Shown one piece after another: positions 1 to 12,907 of a DNA stretch of 64,000 nt. The translations under genes and the position numbers were made by a program. Where the stretch lies: contig CM061246.1 of assembly GCA_022605425.2 (NCBI GenBank), positions 744,001-808,000 on the forward strand, in the 5' to 3' direction. Within the stretch, counting starts at the first letter, position 1. Each line of letters starts with the position of its first letter. This DNA is from Hamiltosporidium tvaerminnensis FI-OER-3-3 (taxonomy: Eukaryota; Fungi; Microsporidia). Below the pieces are notes generated by a model, which was not told the DNA's origin, did not search any database, and saw only the letters and a list, made by a program, of their open reading frames with translations.

Positions 1-792
1 ATGCAGCCAAAAATACTAAGTTATTTTATTTTTTGCTTTATATTTACTGGAAAGATTTTTTCTTCTCAAGATGAGGCTGAATATATTAATGAAAATGTTT
101 TGAGTAAAGAAAATCCCAAGAGTGAACATGATAAAAAATCTTGTTTTTTGTGTGAAGAAGGTTTATGTGCTAGTAAGGTTTCAACTGAGTTAAAATGTAA
201 AGAAGGAGATGATACACTATATGCGTCGAATAAAAATCCTAACCAAGCGATTTCTTCGGAAGAAATGGTTTCAAATCCCGATAAGAATACTAAATCCGAG
301 TCGAAAGAAGAAATGAGGGTGATGTTTCCAGCTAGTGAATCTAATTTTTCTGATCTTAAATCCGAAATAATTGAGGAAAAGAGCGAAACAAAGAAAAAAA
401 CAGAGAATTATGATTCAGACGAAATAAGCGCATCCAATCCCGAAGTTGAAAGTCGTGAAGAAAGGGAAGAAAAAACGAAAGATCCAGTGGCAGCTATAAG
501 TGATGATTCTAGTAACAGTAATGATAATTCTGATACAAGAGAAGAAAAAAAAGAACATGTGAACCCCTTATGCTCAGCTCAATGTGATTCTTATTGTAAT
601 TCCGAAACAAGTAAATCAGAAGAAGAAACTAAAAAAATCGAAAGTACAATAGAGATCGTAGATGTGCAAAAAAATCTGGTTTCAAAAGTTACAAATGAAA
701 TATTTCAAGGGAATATTGATCAAGTGGATACTTCAGAAGAATATGACCTTAGTAGACCCCCAAGTCTGCGACTGGGTTATACCGATTTTTAA
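1..792 (+). CDS. Secreted acidic low-complexity protein (orphan)
   Basis: 263-aa ORF. Hydrophobic N-terminal signal-like segment (ILSYFIFCFIFTG), then an E/S/K/N-rich disordered body. Starts at window position 1, so upstream context is unseen. Confidence 0.7.
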   Translation: MQPKILSYFIFCFIFTGKIFSSQDEAEYINENVLSKENPKSEHDKKSCFLCEEGLCASKVSTELKCKEGDDTLYASNKNPNQAISSEEMVSNPDKNTKSESKEEMRVMFPASESNFSDLKSEIIEEKSETKKKTENYDSDEISASNPEVESREEREEKTKDPVAAISDDSSNSNDNSDTREEKKEHVNPLCSAQCDSYCNSETSKSEEETKKIESTIEIVDVQKNLVSKVTNEIFQGNIDQVDTSEEYDLSRPPSLRLGYTDF

Positions 793-1465
793 AGTAAAAT
801 TTAGCTATATTTTTTATTTTTACTATTTATTTTATTTTACTTTAGAATTTTTTACCAAAGATTTTTTTAAAAAATTCATTATTTTTTAACATATTTAATA
901 TTATAAAGTTAACGGAGTATAAAAATAGCTAAAGTATTGCTGCATTTATTTTAAACCAAACTTGAATCAAGATAATCACAAAACTGTAAAAAAAGGGATT
1001 CGATTTTTATTATAGGATAATGGATATTTAATGTGCTTAAACCTCCTAAATAAAATATTTTTTTAGATACAGGGTTTATTAACTACTTGAAAAAAATTTT
1101 GACTATCAATGGTTCAATATATTTATAAAGGTGCAATAAATATTTACTTAGCTATTAACGAATTTTATCATCTTAAACATACAATTACTCAAATTCTACT
1201 ATCACTGATGGTTTTATAATATATTTTTGCGCTTTAGATCGGTATTGAAATTTCAGCTTTTTTGTTGCAATAATATTATCGATATAGAATCCATAAATAT
1301 ATTCCAACTTTTAGTTGAGATTTTTAGGGAGATTAAACATGGTCGAGTAAAATTAAAGTTTTGGTTGATACATTTTTTACATCAAAAAATATTTTATTCT
1401 TTAATTTATCCGCAAAAGTTTAAAATATATCAATTATGAAGCTAGATAGTTTTAGAAATGTTTAA

Positions 1466-2236
1466 TTAAAGATGTACATCAAATATTTCAATAAAGGATT
1501 CGAAAATATGGCTGAATTTTCTAATATGTTCAACCGACATTTTTTTAAGTATAGTTTCACCAATTAAAACAGGACAAAATATTATTGATAAAGCTTTTGA
1601 ATCCATACGATTCGTATCATACCGTGCAACACAACCTAAAATACGTAAAATACTAAGAAAAAAGAAAGATATATTTTCTTTCATCATAGAGGCGATACAA
1701 ATAAGTAAAAGCCGCGGATTTCTTTCTATACAAAATGAATCAGCATTTAAAAGATTCTCATATATTCTTAAACCCAATATTCCATCCATTTCCACTCTTA
1801 TAAAATATTTTATTCCGTTACATAATTCGAATTCAGTGAATTTTCTAAAATCAAATACTTTTCCTTGTTTAATATTTTCAACTACAATTTTCATTTGTTC
1901 TATTAAACATGCTTTTCTAAAAAGACCAATACTTTTTAATAAACCGTTTTGTAGCAAATAATTAAATATTTCTAAAATTACTCCTTGCGATTCATCAAAT
2001 TTCTTATTGTTTAAATATAAGAACTTAAAACATTCATTCCATACGTTCCAACAAGATCTAACTGATTTAAAATATTCTCTTAAATTGTTTTCAGCTTCGG
2101 TTTTTGAAACCAGACGTATATTAACATCACTAAATGGAACTTTGCCATTATCGTTTACGAATTCTATTCTCTCACTATTTTTTCGGATTATTTGTTTAGA
2201 ATTATTAATATCATGTATACTATCATTATCTTCCAT
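1466..2236 (-). CDS. RhoGAP-domain protein
   Basis: Arginine-finger motif IGLFRK and C-terminal NRMDSKALSIIFCPVL, typical of RhoGAP (N.M...NLAI.FGP). Confidence 0.85.
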   Translation of the reverse strand: MEDNDSIHDINNSKQIIRKNSERIEFVNDNGKVPFSDVNIRLVSKTEAENNLREYFKSVRSCWNVWNECFKFLYLNNKKFDESQGVILEIFNYLLQNGLLKSIGLFRKACLIEQMKIVVENIKQGKVFDFRKFTEFELCNGIKYFIRVEMDGILGLRIYENLLNADSFCIERNPRLLLICIASMMKENISFFFLSILRILGCVARYDTNRMDSKALSIIFCPVLIGETILKKMSVEHIRKFSHIFESFIEIFDVHL

Positions 2237-2429
2237 ACTTAAATTTCATGTTAAAATTTATTTATTTATAAATTTTAAAAAGTACAAATCATATTCACAG
2301 AATGTCATTTTATTGATAAATTAATAGTTGGACCAATAACTTTAAAAAATCATATCTGTCAAAAAGCTAAAGAACTTTTTTAAAAAAAACTGTTTTGATT
2401 AATTGAACTATTTTGTTTTTGTTTTTAGG

Positions 2430-3090
2430 TGATGAAGGGTCGATAACCCCTTAAAACCATCCAATTGGCAAAGAATAGTTGAAATTGCAGTAGGACACAA
2501 GTGTTTGGATTATTTATGGGAATAACCACATTATATTTTTGGTATTTTGTGTGAATTTCTATAAGAAAGAAATCTATGAAGCAATGAAACCTTTTCTACG
2601 AATATAGTTTGTAGTTTTTTGTGTAGCTAGATAGCAGCCTGCAGGCTAAATATGTAAGTAATTACCATGAAAAGCATGTAAACATAGCTTTGTACGCTCG
2701 TTTTCAAAGACTTAACGCCTTTGAGATACTAAAAACCGCCATTGAAAAGTTAAAATATTAAGTAACAAGAATATCTGTTGGTATGCCTATGCCAAGTCTA
2801 GATGAACCTAATCTAATTCGTTGTGACGTAATCTTAGCTGGAAGTCTATTCGATTCGAAAATAGTAAAGTAAGAAGCTATGCTGCTCGTTTTTCTGAGTA
2901 AAAGGTGGTTCTAGCCGAATTTCCTTCCGACAACGAACACTTACGAAATCAATGTAATTGCTTAGTCGATTAACAGGATTCACTACTTCATTTATATAAA
3001 AGGTTTTGGGATGTAGTTATTTAAAGGAATACAGATCAATGTTTGGTATCTATGTTAAAGTTAGAAACGTTGATGTTATGAGAAAAATAT
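2430..3090 (+). repeat. Highly diverged copy of the ~660-nt structured non-coding repeat
   Basis: Collinear blocks shared with other copies: gtttggatt, tttgtagttttttgtgtagctagat, gtaattaccatgaaaagcatg, atcttagctggaagt, tttgggatgtag, tatgttaaa. Confidence 0.7.
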
Positions 3091-3379
3091 AAAATTTGCC
3101 AGTTTTTTAATAAAGATAGGATACATATTAAATAAATAAGAATCATAATTTTCAACGTAAAAAAGTATGAAAATTATAGTGAATAATAAATTTCTAATTT
3201 TTCGAGTCAAATTTTTTGTATTTTAAATTAAAATGTTTTTTTTCTGTTGAATATTCAGATGATCTATAATTTCGAAGGAAATTAATATCTTAAAAGTCTA
3301 TATAGTTATAGAAATAAAATTTCATATTAATAATAGTAAAATATATGAAATATTATTGATAAACATATATTATTGTAAT

Positions 3380-4150
3380 ATATTTCTTTATATCCGTGGA
3401 AACAAACTCAATTTGAGTTTACAATATTAATTACTTATTCCATTCCTCTTTTACCTCGCGGTATCGAAAATTTCAAAATTAAAATTTTCTATTTCTTTCT
3501 TTTAATCTGTTTTAACATCGAATTATAAGGGAAGATTGATTGGCCTATAGATCCAGGGTGGTTTATATCCCAAAAAAATATCAATAACGATTTTCACATT
3601 AATTCCACACACTCGTTTTAACCTGATGGTTTTCAAGGTGGTTATCTACTCTCAAATCGGTTTACGATATATAAAGCGAAATTTATAGATTCATTTTCGC
3701 ATTTCACTTTTTGATTTTTACTTTCTAAAAAAATCTTGTAATTTTAATTCAACATTTCTATTTTCATAATCTATTTATTTTTAGATTTTTTAGTCGTTTT
3801 AACATATATTTTTTACACTGATAATCTATTTTTTCTAATATTTCTCGTTTTTCAAACCCACATCTTTGTTTTCATCTGATCAATAATTTTGAATTCCTTA
3901 GTTTTAAGTTGAGCATTCATATAGGGGGGAAAATTCTTATTTCAAGGTTATATATTCCCTTTAATTTATGTGTAGCCTGTGAACTTTTTTTCTTATTTGT
4001 TTTGTACAGTTTTCCTTTTGGTTTTTAATTTCTGCTTTTTTCTTTTTAACTTTAAAAATTTACATCTATGTCTTTGCCTGGAAAATCTTTTATACACGGC
4101 ATAACCTATAAGTTAGTCTCTTTTGTTGTTCCTTCTACTTCTTTTTTTTT
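3380..4150 (-). mobile_element. Very decayed non-LTR reverse transcriptase remnant
   Basis: Minus strand reads YRPINL (RT YRPI motif) near 3545 within a stop-ridden coding-like tract. Boundaries are uncertain. Confidence 0.35.
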
Positions 4151-4834
4151 CTAAGAAACATTTTAGTTTAAGCTAGTGTAATTATTTCATTTCCAATCAA
4201 AAAAACCGTTTATTCAATGTATTAATTTATAGATTATTAACATAAAAAAAACGTTTTATTCTTCGGTTTTTTGTTAGATCAATAAATTGTTCTAAGTTGA
4301 ATGTTTAAAAATAATTTAATACTAAGTATTTCTCTCATGTTTTTATTTGCTTAATTAACTTCTTTTCTTATTTGAATTAATACGTTCTTTACTTTAGACA
4401 CTTTTTCTATATTTTGAACGAATGTTGTGATTGTGAATATTTGTCAACAATCATTGGATATAATAGTATTTTGCTTTTTTGAGTAAAAATTTATTCATAT
4501 TACGCCTAATTATATCATGGATACTTATATTGGCTACAGTATACTAGACTCTGTATGCCCTCTTCTAGCTATAATTAGCATTTTAACTCGATAATAAAAA
4601 TTTTTGTTCATTAAAACAAATAAATCTGACTGAATATTTTAGCAATATCCACTAAATATATATATGCTTCTATTACCAAGCTTTGAAATATTATCATCCA
4701 ATGTATATAGTATGGAATTTAATTATGAAAGATGTGTAGGAATAAAATCTGATTATTATTTACATAGAATGAGATTTTTAAAAGAAAAAATTTAAAAAAT
4801 ATATTCTTATAGTTTTATTATTTAGATGTAGTAA

Positions 4835-5129
4835 ACTTGAGTCAGGACTAAATGCCGAAGAGAGCTGGGAGAGAGCGTCAATGGGTGTTATTATGAGAGC
4901 AGAGATGCATGAGGAACCAACACTCCCTTTAAAAGAAGCGAAGAAGAGGAAGATGGTGCAAAAAATTTAAAACCAAAAAATAATACACCTCTTATTTCAC
5001 AAGGAGGAACCGACCAATAACATAAATGAAGAGTGGAATTTGGAAGAAGAGACAGCAGTGGTTAAAGAGGTAGAAGAAAACATAAAAAAATGGTAAAAAT
5101 ATTTTAACCCAGAATTTTATTAAATAAAA
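4835..5129 (+). mobile_element. 5'-truncated 3' end of the RLE non-LTR element with target-site duplication
   Basis: Close match to 48053-48362 including the terminal cccagaattttattaaataaa. Flanked by tagatgtagtaaa (4823-4835) and tagatgcactaaa (5130-5142). Confidence 0.9.
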
Positions 5130-6429
5130 TAGATGCACTAAAAGTCGAGAAATTATATTAGAAAATAGTTTATGTGATAGTTTTTCAAAACCACTTAAAC
5201 TTTGTAAGATGAATCATCCTCGACTGCGGTATTTTATGATTTGAGTGTTTATTTCTTAAATTATGTAAAAAATTTTGAAGAGTCTTCATCATAATTGAAA
5301 CAATTTTTGATTGCTTAGTCTATTTAGACAATCAAATATTTCATTTTCTTCGTGACAGACATAATTATAAAATAGAAGATTAACATTGTGGTTAAAATGG
5401 CGACATTAATCTAGCAACCTAAATTCGTTTCAATGTTAGTATATTATTTATTCTTAAAATTCTTAGATTGGAAATGGAACAGACAATTTAACTTACGAAA
5501 TTATCTAATCTGAAACTTCATAAAAAATGTGGCGAAGCTTGTATCGCTTGTTCTTTTTGGTCAATACACTATTACATCCATCTAGAATATAAAAATAATA
5601 ATTGACTTTAAAGATGTAATTTTTTAATATTTAAATATTTTGATACATTATTCTTGGGTGAAAAAGTAAAACAAACTGCAGAAATTCTCTCTATTTTAAG
5701 TAATTGGTTGCTTCACTATAATATCCAGATCATTGAAAGTTTCTTTTATTTTTTAATATTTTTTATACAATTCAAATCTATAATTTAGATTGTGATTAAT
5801 ATTTATAATTGAATTATATGTTCTTTATACTATTTTTTTATTGATTTGTTCATAAAATGAATGCGTAAATTAACAAATAAATTTCTTATGCGATATCTTA
5901 AAGATTATTTATATTTTAAGTGGATCAATATATTTTGATTAAATATTGTAAATATATTTTGAATAACCGAGCAGTATAACCTTTGTATTTTTTTGATTTA
6001 TAGAAATTAAATCAATTAAAGGTTTTAGATCTATTTCTTAATTTTATATTGGATTAATTTAATATAAAACAAAGTTGATTTGAAATATGTTTTATACGGA
6101 AAGTAAATTTGTAATTTTATGAATTCCTTAAATTATAATGTTTTTTTGATATTATTATGTTATTATTGCTATTCTCAGTAGTTTAAAAATCTACGAATTG
6201 AATATCAATAAGCGGTATATAAATTTATTGGTTTTAAAACACATCAAATTTCGTAATTAGTATACATATTTTACATTTCCCAGTACTTTAATCTGGTAAG
6301 TTGAATTTAGAGAAATTCAATCGATTTACTTATTTTGATTAAATAAAATATTTTACATTAATTCATTACAAAATTTGAGTAATTTATTAAAAAAATAAAT
6401 GTATAAAACCGCTTTCGATCGGAGAATAT

Positions 6430-7166
6430 ATGAAGACAAATTTTCTCTTGTATAGTGTAATAAATATAATTGGGCTTTTCAGTGGAAAAATAAGATGTGG
6501 TTCATTTTCGGGTGATGCGGGGGCCTTAGTGGGGGGAAATAATAATTTTTCCTTGAATGTTACAAATAACAATACCTCAAACGAACTTCTTGCAGGGGCT
6601 GCGAAATTATCAGGAGAAATTGGTTTAGGCGCTGATGTAGGCAGTAATTTATGCGCCGGATTGGGTGGAAATTTAGGCGCGGGTTTAGGCAATAATTTAT
6701 GCGCCGGATTGGGTGAAAATTTAGGCGCGGGTTTAGGCAGTAATTTAGGCGCCGGATTGGGTGGAAATTTAAGCGCGGGTTTAGGCAGTAATTTAGGCGC
6801 CGGATTGTGTGGAAATTTAGGCGCGGGTTTAGGCAGTAATTTAGGCGCCGGATTGTGTGGAAATTTAGGCATGGGTTTAGGCAGTAATTTAGGCGCAGAG
6901 ATGGGGTTGAAATTTAGGCGTAGGATTGGATACGGGTTTGGGTGGAGGTATCGGTATAAACAGTGGCTTAGGTGGGGGTCAAGCCATGGGCATTTGTGCC
7001 CGTATTGGTTTATGAGGTAATGGGGGCGTGGGTTTAGGGGGAGGTGTTGGCTTAGGCGGTGGTATTAGAGGAAATTCCGGATTGGGAGTCGGGTATCAAA
7101 CTCTCGGTTCTGCACTTCACAGAGGCAGAGCAAGATCGAATCTACGATCGGTATACGCCCGTTGAA
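6430..7166 (+). pseudogene. Secreted glycine-rich repeat protein, frameshifted (called ORF 6430-7020)
   Basis: Signal-like N-terminus and 8-aa LGAGLGSN repeats. An extra A near 6910 shifts the frame. The Gly-rich reading continues in the shifted frame through a TGA at 7014-7016 to a TGA near 7164. Confidence 0.65.
6625..6912 (+). repeat. Coding tandem repeat, 24-bp unit, about 12 copies, alternating as a 48-bp higher-order unit
   Basis: ttaggcgcgggtttaggcagtaat alternates with ttaggcgccggattgggtggaaat. Confidence 0.95.
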
Positions 7167-10100
7167 GATAAAAATTTGTTTGCGTGTCTTTGAGTCAAAA
7201 TTTTTCGTCGGATGGAGATTTAAGTTTTTATGAAATGAAAAATTAAGGAATCATAGAAATTAACAATGAGAGCAACGTAAACTCAATGACTCTGGCTTCA
7301 TCGTAAAACTTATGTTCCGTTAAATACCATATTTTTAATCAAAAATTGTCTTAATAATCATCTTTCACCGAATATTTGTATCTAGTTGAAGAAATATCAA
7401 GGTTGTGAGTATTACGTAATTCTCAATAGAAATTTTTAACATATTAACAATATTGCGAAGATAATATTGTTGCGAGAATTCAGTTTATTAAATCACCAAT
7501 TGATGGGGAACCAATATGGTCGAAAAACTATGCGATATTCATATTAAAATATATTTCTAAATGAAATAGTTTAAAATCGACTCCTAGGCTTTTGCATCAG
7601 AAGTGTTTTTAAACAATGCCAAACCGCGTATTTTTTGGTTAGGAAAATTAGCAATGATACAAAAAGCGAGTATTGAATTTTTACAGATATTGGAAATTTG
7701 TTTAGTTGATCATCCTCTCTAATATAAAAATAATAAATGTATATAAGAAAAACTTTTTATTTTTTTAATTCATTTATTTTTTTTTATTAATTCATAGGTT
7801 TGTATTTTCATTCAAGTAAAAAATATATTTCTTTTTTAGAATATTAATTTACCAAAATAAATTTTTTGGCAAATTAAGAGTAGACATACTGAGTTAACCT
7901 TGATAGTCGTGTTTTTTTTAGAAAATAATTTGGGATTGTAAAAGCCTTTATTTCATATTTCTCCTTTTACTTTATATAATTACTCGAACCGAAAAATCAA
8001 TTGAAAAAGGTATGGTCTCGGTCAAAAAAGGATAACCACCTGTAAAAAAATCGAATAAATTTCTATTTTTTCGCGTCTTCGTGTTTTCTGGTAGCATATA
8101 TTAATTTCTTGTTGTTTTAAAATATATTCAATGATCTGTTTTGTTATGGTATTCCTTGAATGCCTAGATTTGAGAAACAATTTGGGTACATAGAAAAAAT
8201 ATAATATTTTTCTATTAAAGTCATAAATTGTTATTATAATATATTTTTTTGTTCAATTGTGTACAGCATCTTAAAACTTAAAATGCAACAATATTGTTAT
8301 AGTATGTTATGAATTATTTTATATTATTATTTAGACTCATATCTAAATGAACATGCGAAAGAAAAGATCGGCGCATTAAAAAGAAAACATAATCTTTTGT
8401 ATTTAATCAATACCAATTTTCTATTCATAACTCTAGGAAAAAATATTAAGTGCGATTTTTATATCTCATAAACAGTTAAAAAAGGATAGGTGAAACAGAG
8501 TATGAGAGGGATCATTTTGACATAACAAGGGAAATTTTTCTAATCATCAAAAATAATTTTTAGATGACCATAAGCTGCTGTAATAAGTTACGCAAATACA
8601 TGAGTTAAGTAAAGAAAATTTTCTCTCTTAAAAGAATTAGACATACAGATTAAAATCATATAAATCTTGCTTATAATATTGGAATCATTGGTTAAAAAAT
8701 TATTATAATGCATTCCTAAAACTTGAAACCCTTTAAACTCTTTCTTTGAGGATAATATTTTTTTTGTGATAGATTTATTGCATAACAATTGTATGTTAAG
8801 GGTCAAAAACATGCAACAGATGAAATGTAAGAAGTATTTAAGAAATAGTTAAAAAGTCATAGAATAAAGGAATTTAATTTTTAATTTATTTTGTATATTT
8901 TAGATCTTATTTCTATTGGTTTTTTATTTTTTCTTGTTTTTTTTTGTACATTACTAGCCGTTAAGCCCTAGGAACGGACTAAATTTTATATCTTAAAAAA
9001 AATTTAAATATTTTGATTAACTCAAGGACATAAAAAAGAGAATTTACTCTATATTGTTTAAATCCCTCCTTATTAAGATTACTTTAAAATTATAACTGGG
9101 CTTTAAGTTATCAATGAAGTATTTATGGATATAAAAATATACTTCTAAGAAATCAGTAAATTATGAATTAATGAAGATAGTGCTATTATATTCCAACAAT
9201 TTGGCCTTAAAATATAAATTAGGACAATAAATACTTAAATTATTTCATTTTCTGGTGTTTTTCCTGCTTACGAATTAAACATTAAAGATTTGATAAAAAA
9301 GAGCATTTTATTTTATTTTATTTTAAAACAGAAACATTTTATAATTTATATAATATTTATATTTAAAAGCCAAATTACCTTTTTATATCTCTTAGCTCTT
9401 TAAGCGTCCAAAAAAGATTTATATACAATGTTTTTTGTGAATATTTTATCACTTTCTGGTAAAATTTTGACTTGCTCAGCTGTATCATTGACATTATTTG
9501 GGCTTCTTACTCTAGAGAATGCAACTTAAAGTTTTCATGGCTAAAAACAAGAGTTGGTAGAAAAATACCCACCTTATCTAAAGTTTGACAATGGACTTAG
9601 TTAATTGTCAAACAAATCAACTTTACTAGAGATTATCTTCGTTTACGTTGAAATAGAAGACCTACATCTGATGTCAAATAAATTCTCGGAATATATATAT
9701 AGTCTTCTTTGAAAAAAATATTAATAATTTGGCTATGATAAGATTTAGATTCATTTCACATACAACGTGCCTAGTTCCTCTGCAGAACCCCCTCTCTGTA
9801 TTTAAATTTCTGAGAAACATAAAAATTGCGCCTTTTTTAAGATTAAGAACATGGAGAAGTATTCCAGTGGGTATTGGGCTGTTTAAAAATTCAACTGGAT
9901 AACAATTCATACCCTCTGTATTATCATTAATAAGACTATATGTACTTAGATAGGTTTTTTCTTTGCATCGAAGAATTTCAAGTACATTTTGATAAATTCT
10001 ATTAACCTCTCATTTGTATCCAACAGAATTACTTTTTTTTGAAAAGTTAAGGTGTCATTTGCATAAAACTTCGCCAAAAACATCCTTGGCAATATTTGAG

Positions 10101-12719
10101 AAACCATATGAGATGGGATTTATATTAAACTTTCGTTCATACTATCAGTGTTTAAAAGTTGTCCGTTGCCAAGCTTGAAAAGCCATTCACTATATAGCTG
10201 ATCTTTTGCTCGCATATTTTGACAAAGTTTTAATATTTTAAATTTTTTCCATAAAGAGCAAAATTTTAAACTAGATTGAACAACATCTGATGCCTGTGCA
10301 CCTGATAATATAGGCAAACACCGTCTATAGTCTCACCCTGAATGTATTATTTCACCACTAAACACAATCTTGATTTACATTGAATGCCCCTCAATAATCT
10401 ATCTATACTTTGCAGAGCGAAAAATGTAAGCATAGTGGTTTCGTTTTAGATAATTAAAGAAGAATTATGGATTTTTTTGCGCCTCGTTTAGGTTGAGGTT
10501 GGTTCAACAACTAACGTTTCATTAAGAATACGAAACTTTAAATCGTGAATTATATGTTCTTTATTTGTGTAAGGTTGTTGCTGCTATTCCGGTAGAAGCA
10601 ACCGAAATAACAGAGTTTTAACCTAGTTTTATGCAGAAAACAACGTTTTATAAAGTTGTTTGTTCGACTTCCTCCGGGTCCTTCTAAATTTAAACACCTT
10701 TTTTTCAGAACTGTTACTCACATTGTTCAAAATTTGATGTAATGACGTTTTGCTCTTTTTTTAATGTTCCTTCCAACTTAAAGTTATCTTTTTTCAGGTA
10801 TTACATCGCGGAGAAATATTACACGAAGAGTCTTGTAATCCAAAATCTATACACCGTTTCTATGTGGATTCAAATTGCCTTTAAATCTAGCAGTACATAA
10901 TTAGCACATAAGTCACAAAAATATTCAACGGTACGTTCTTAAAAGTGGCAGTAATCTTCGATGAGATTATCTCTGTGTGTTGTCCATAATTTAAAATATA
11001 TCTGTACATCACTAAAAGACAAATATAAGCAAATAACTCTCGTATTTTTTTCGGTGTTTTCCTGTTGCAGCATCATGACCAGTTTGGTCCCAAATATTTT
11101 CATCCTTCGTCAATCCCTTTAAACCAGCCGCCTCAAAATAATTTATATAGGTTTTTCCATCTAAAATCCTTAAATATTCGAATTAAATAGCCTCCGGTAT
11201 ATACATTAATAAAAGCTTCAGGTAACACCACTCGGAATTTAATATAATTTGAGATAAAATTCTTCCGATACGATTTCCAAAGTTTCTAAGTCGAGTTGTG
11301 GCATCCACGCGGTCTTTTGCAGACAAAATTCTACCGTATTTCGTAGTATTTTAAATAAAGGTACTGGGTGGCATAAATATCATGTTTAAATCAAGCTGAC
11401 AATGCGCTGTATCTGTTTATATGGAAGATTTCTTTTTTTTTGTTCGCCTGATTCAAATAATATATTTTGTTCTCCTTCAATATGAATGCTAATCTTTTGA
11501 CTTTGTGGCTTTGTTCTTGTGTAGGAAATTTAAAAATTCTTTAGACTGCTTAGTGAGGACTTACCTACCTCGAATCTATATGTGTTTAAATTTTATAAAA
11601 TTGAAAACCAATTTTTTCTCAGTCAGATCCTTTTTGAGCCTAGCCAAATAGTTATTTTATACTGTCAAATGACGCATATATGTTAACATTTATATGAAAG
11701 TTATATTTTAAAGTTGGATATGGATTATAAGACACCACCCAGCTATTTTGAATATAATTTTTGCCAACTTTTACTGGATCAGTTTTTCGTCTACAATATA
11801 AAAGATATCTGTCTGAGTTTAGAACAGTAGTTTCTTGAATTTTTTTAGAAAATATTTGGCACATATATTTTCACTTATTCAAGATGAATATGTCGATGCC
11901 TCACATATATCATGAATTATATTTTGAGATATTATACTAGATAATTCAAGGTGGGGTTTTTTTATCAGAGAAATTCAGCAGAGGGAATCTTATCATTTGT
12001 TGTTATATCACGTGGCATATTATCTTTTGCTTATGTAATCAAAATATGAGCATAAATAACCTTCATTTTTGAAATTCAATGACATAGCAATATGCTTTTA
12101 AAATGAAAAAAAGTTTATTTTTAATTATGTTATTCATATATTCCTAATTTTTTGCCAAAAAATTCTATTTACTAAATCAGAATGTTTCTCGCGTTTTTCA
12201 TTTTTATTGAGATTTTCAGATATTTCGACATCCTTTGAATTACAGGTCGCTGTAATATTCAAATATGGCTTCATATGGTTTATGACCATTGCTATAGCAT
12301 CTTGGAAGTTTTGTTGCACGTTTCAAGGGCTTCCTGAAAATTTCGAAGGCAAAATTATTCGCTTTCCAACATGAATGTCGCTTCTATTATTGTTTTCCAG
12401 CTACTGTACTAAATCCGATCGTTTCCCAGCTCTTAGTTCTTTCTGATTGGTTCTCGCGTAATTTTAATCATTGGCTTTGGTCTAGCAATGTGCCTCGATA
12501 ACATACTGTTGAGTCAATTTTCCTGCTCGTACAAGTCTATATAATTTATTTAAATTTTGCCAATAATAAGAAAAATATCGTTATGGCGTAACATTTTATA
12601 GAGCGTTGACGCTTGTTTCGTTGCATTATATAGTTTAGTGCTAGTAACCGGATTTTTTTCTCTATATGAAAAAAAATGGACCACATAAAGCATCTAGGTT
12701 TATATGCCTGTATTATCAA

Positions 12720-12907
12720 CGGTTAACTCAGCCAGAGATATGATGAGTTTTGCTATGCCGTCTCAAGCCCAGATAAAGGATGAGAGGTAGCATAGGGCAA
12801 TTTACATATCCCATAAAACCATATTGTTACGCATCCGAAACGAAATAATATAATTTAGAAAAATCGTTAAGGAGGCCCAGACTCTTTAAGGGCTATAGTG
12901 TCAGTAA
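12720..12907 (+). mobile_element. RTE-type non-autonomous retroposon nested in the Helitron, with a twister-like 5' end
   Basis: Interrupts Helitron coding remnants. Flanked by gtattatcaa (12710-12719) and gtagtatcaa (12908-12917). RTE-like 3' end ggaggcccagactctttaagggctatagtgtcagtaagta. Confidence 0.7.
12721..12790 (+). ncRNA. Degenerate twister ribozyme-like sequence
   Basis: Order UAA-CUCA-GC...AUGCCG-UCUC-AAGC-CCAG-AU-AAA-GGAU-GA-GAGG follows the type-P1 twister layout. The T1 pseudoknot UCUC/GAGG can pair, but P2 and P4 have mismatches. Confidence 0.6.

Noticed and set aside
6387-6872. Pro-rich minus-strand ORF
   Set aside because: It is the antisense shadow of the Gly-rich repeat; the plus strand has the signal peptide.
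6625-6912. CRISPR-like array
   Set aside because: It is a contiguous coding tandem repeat with no spacers, in a eukaryotic context without cas genes.
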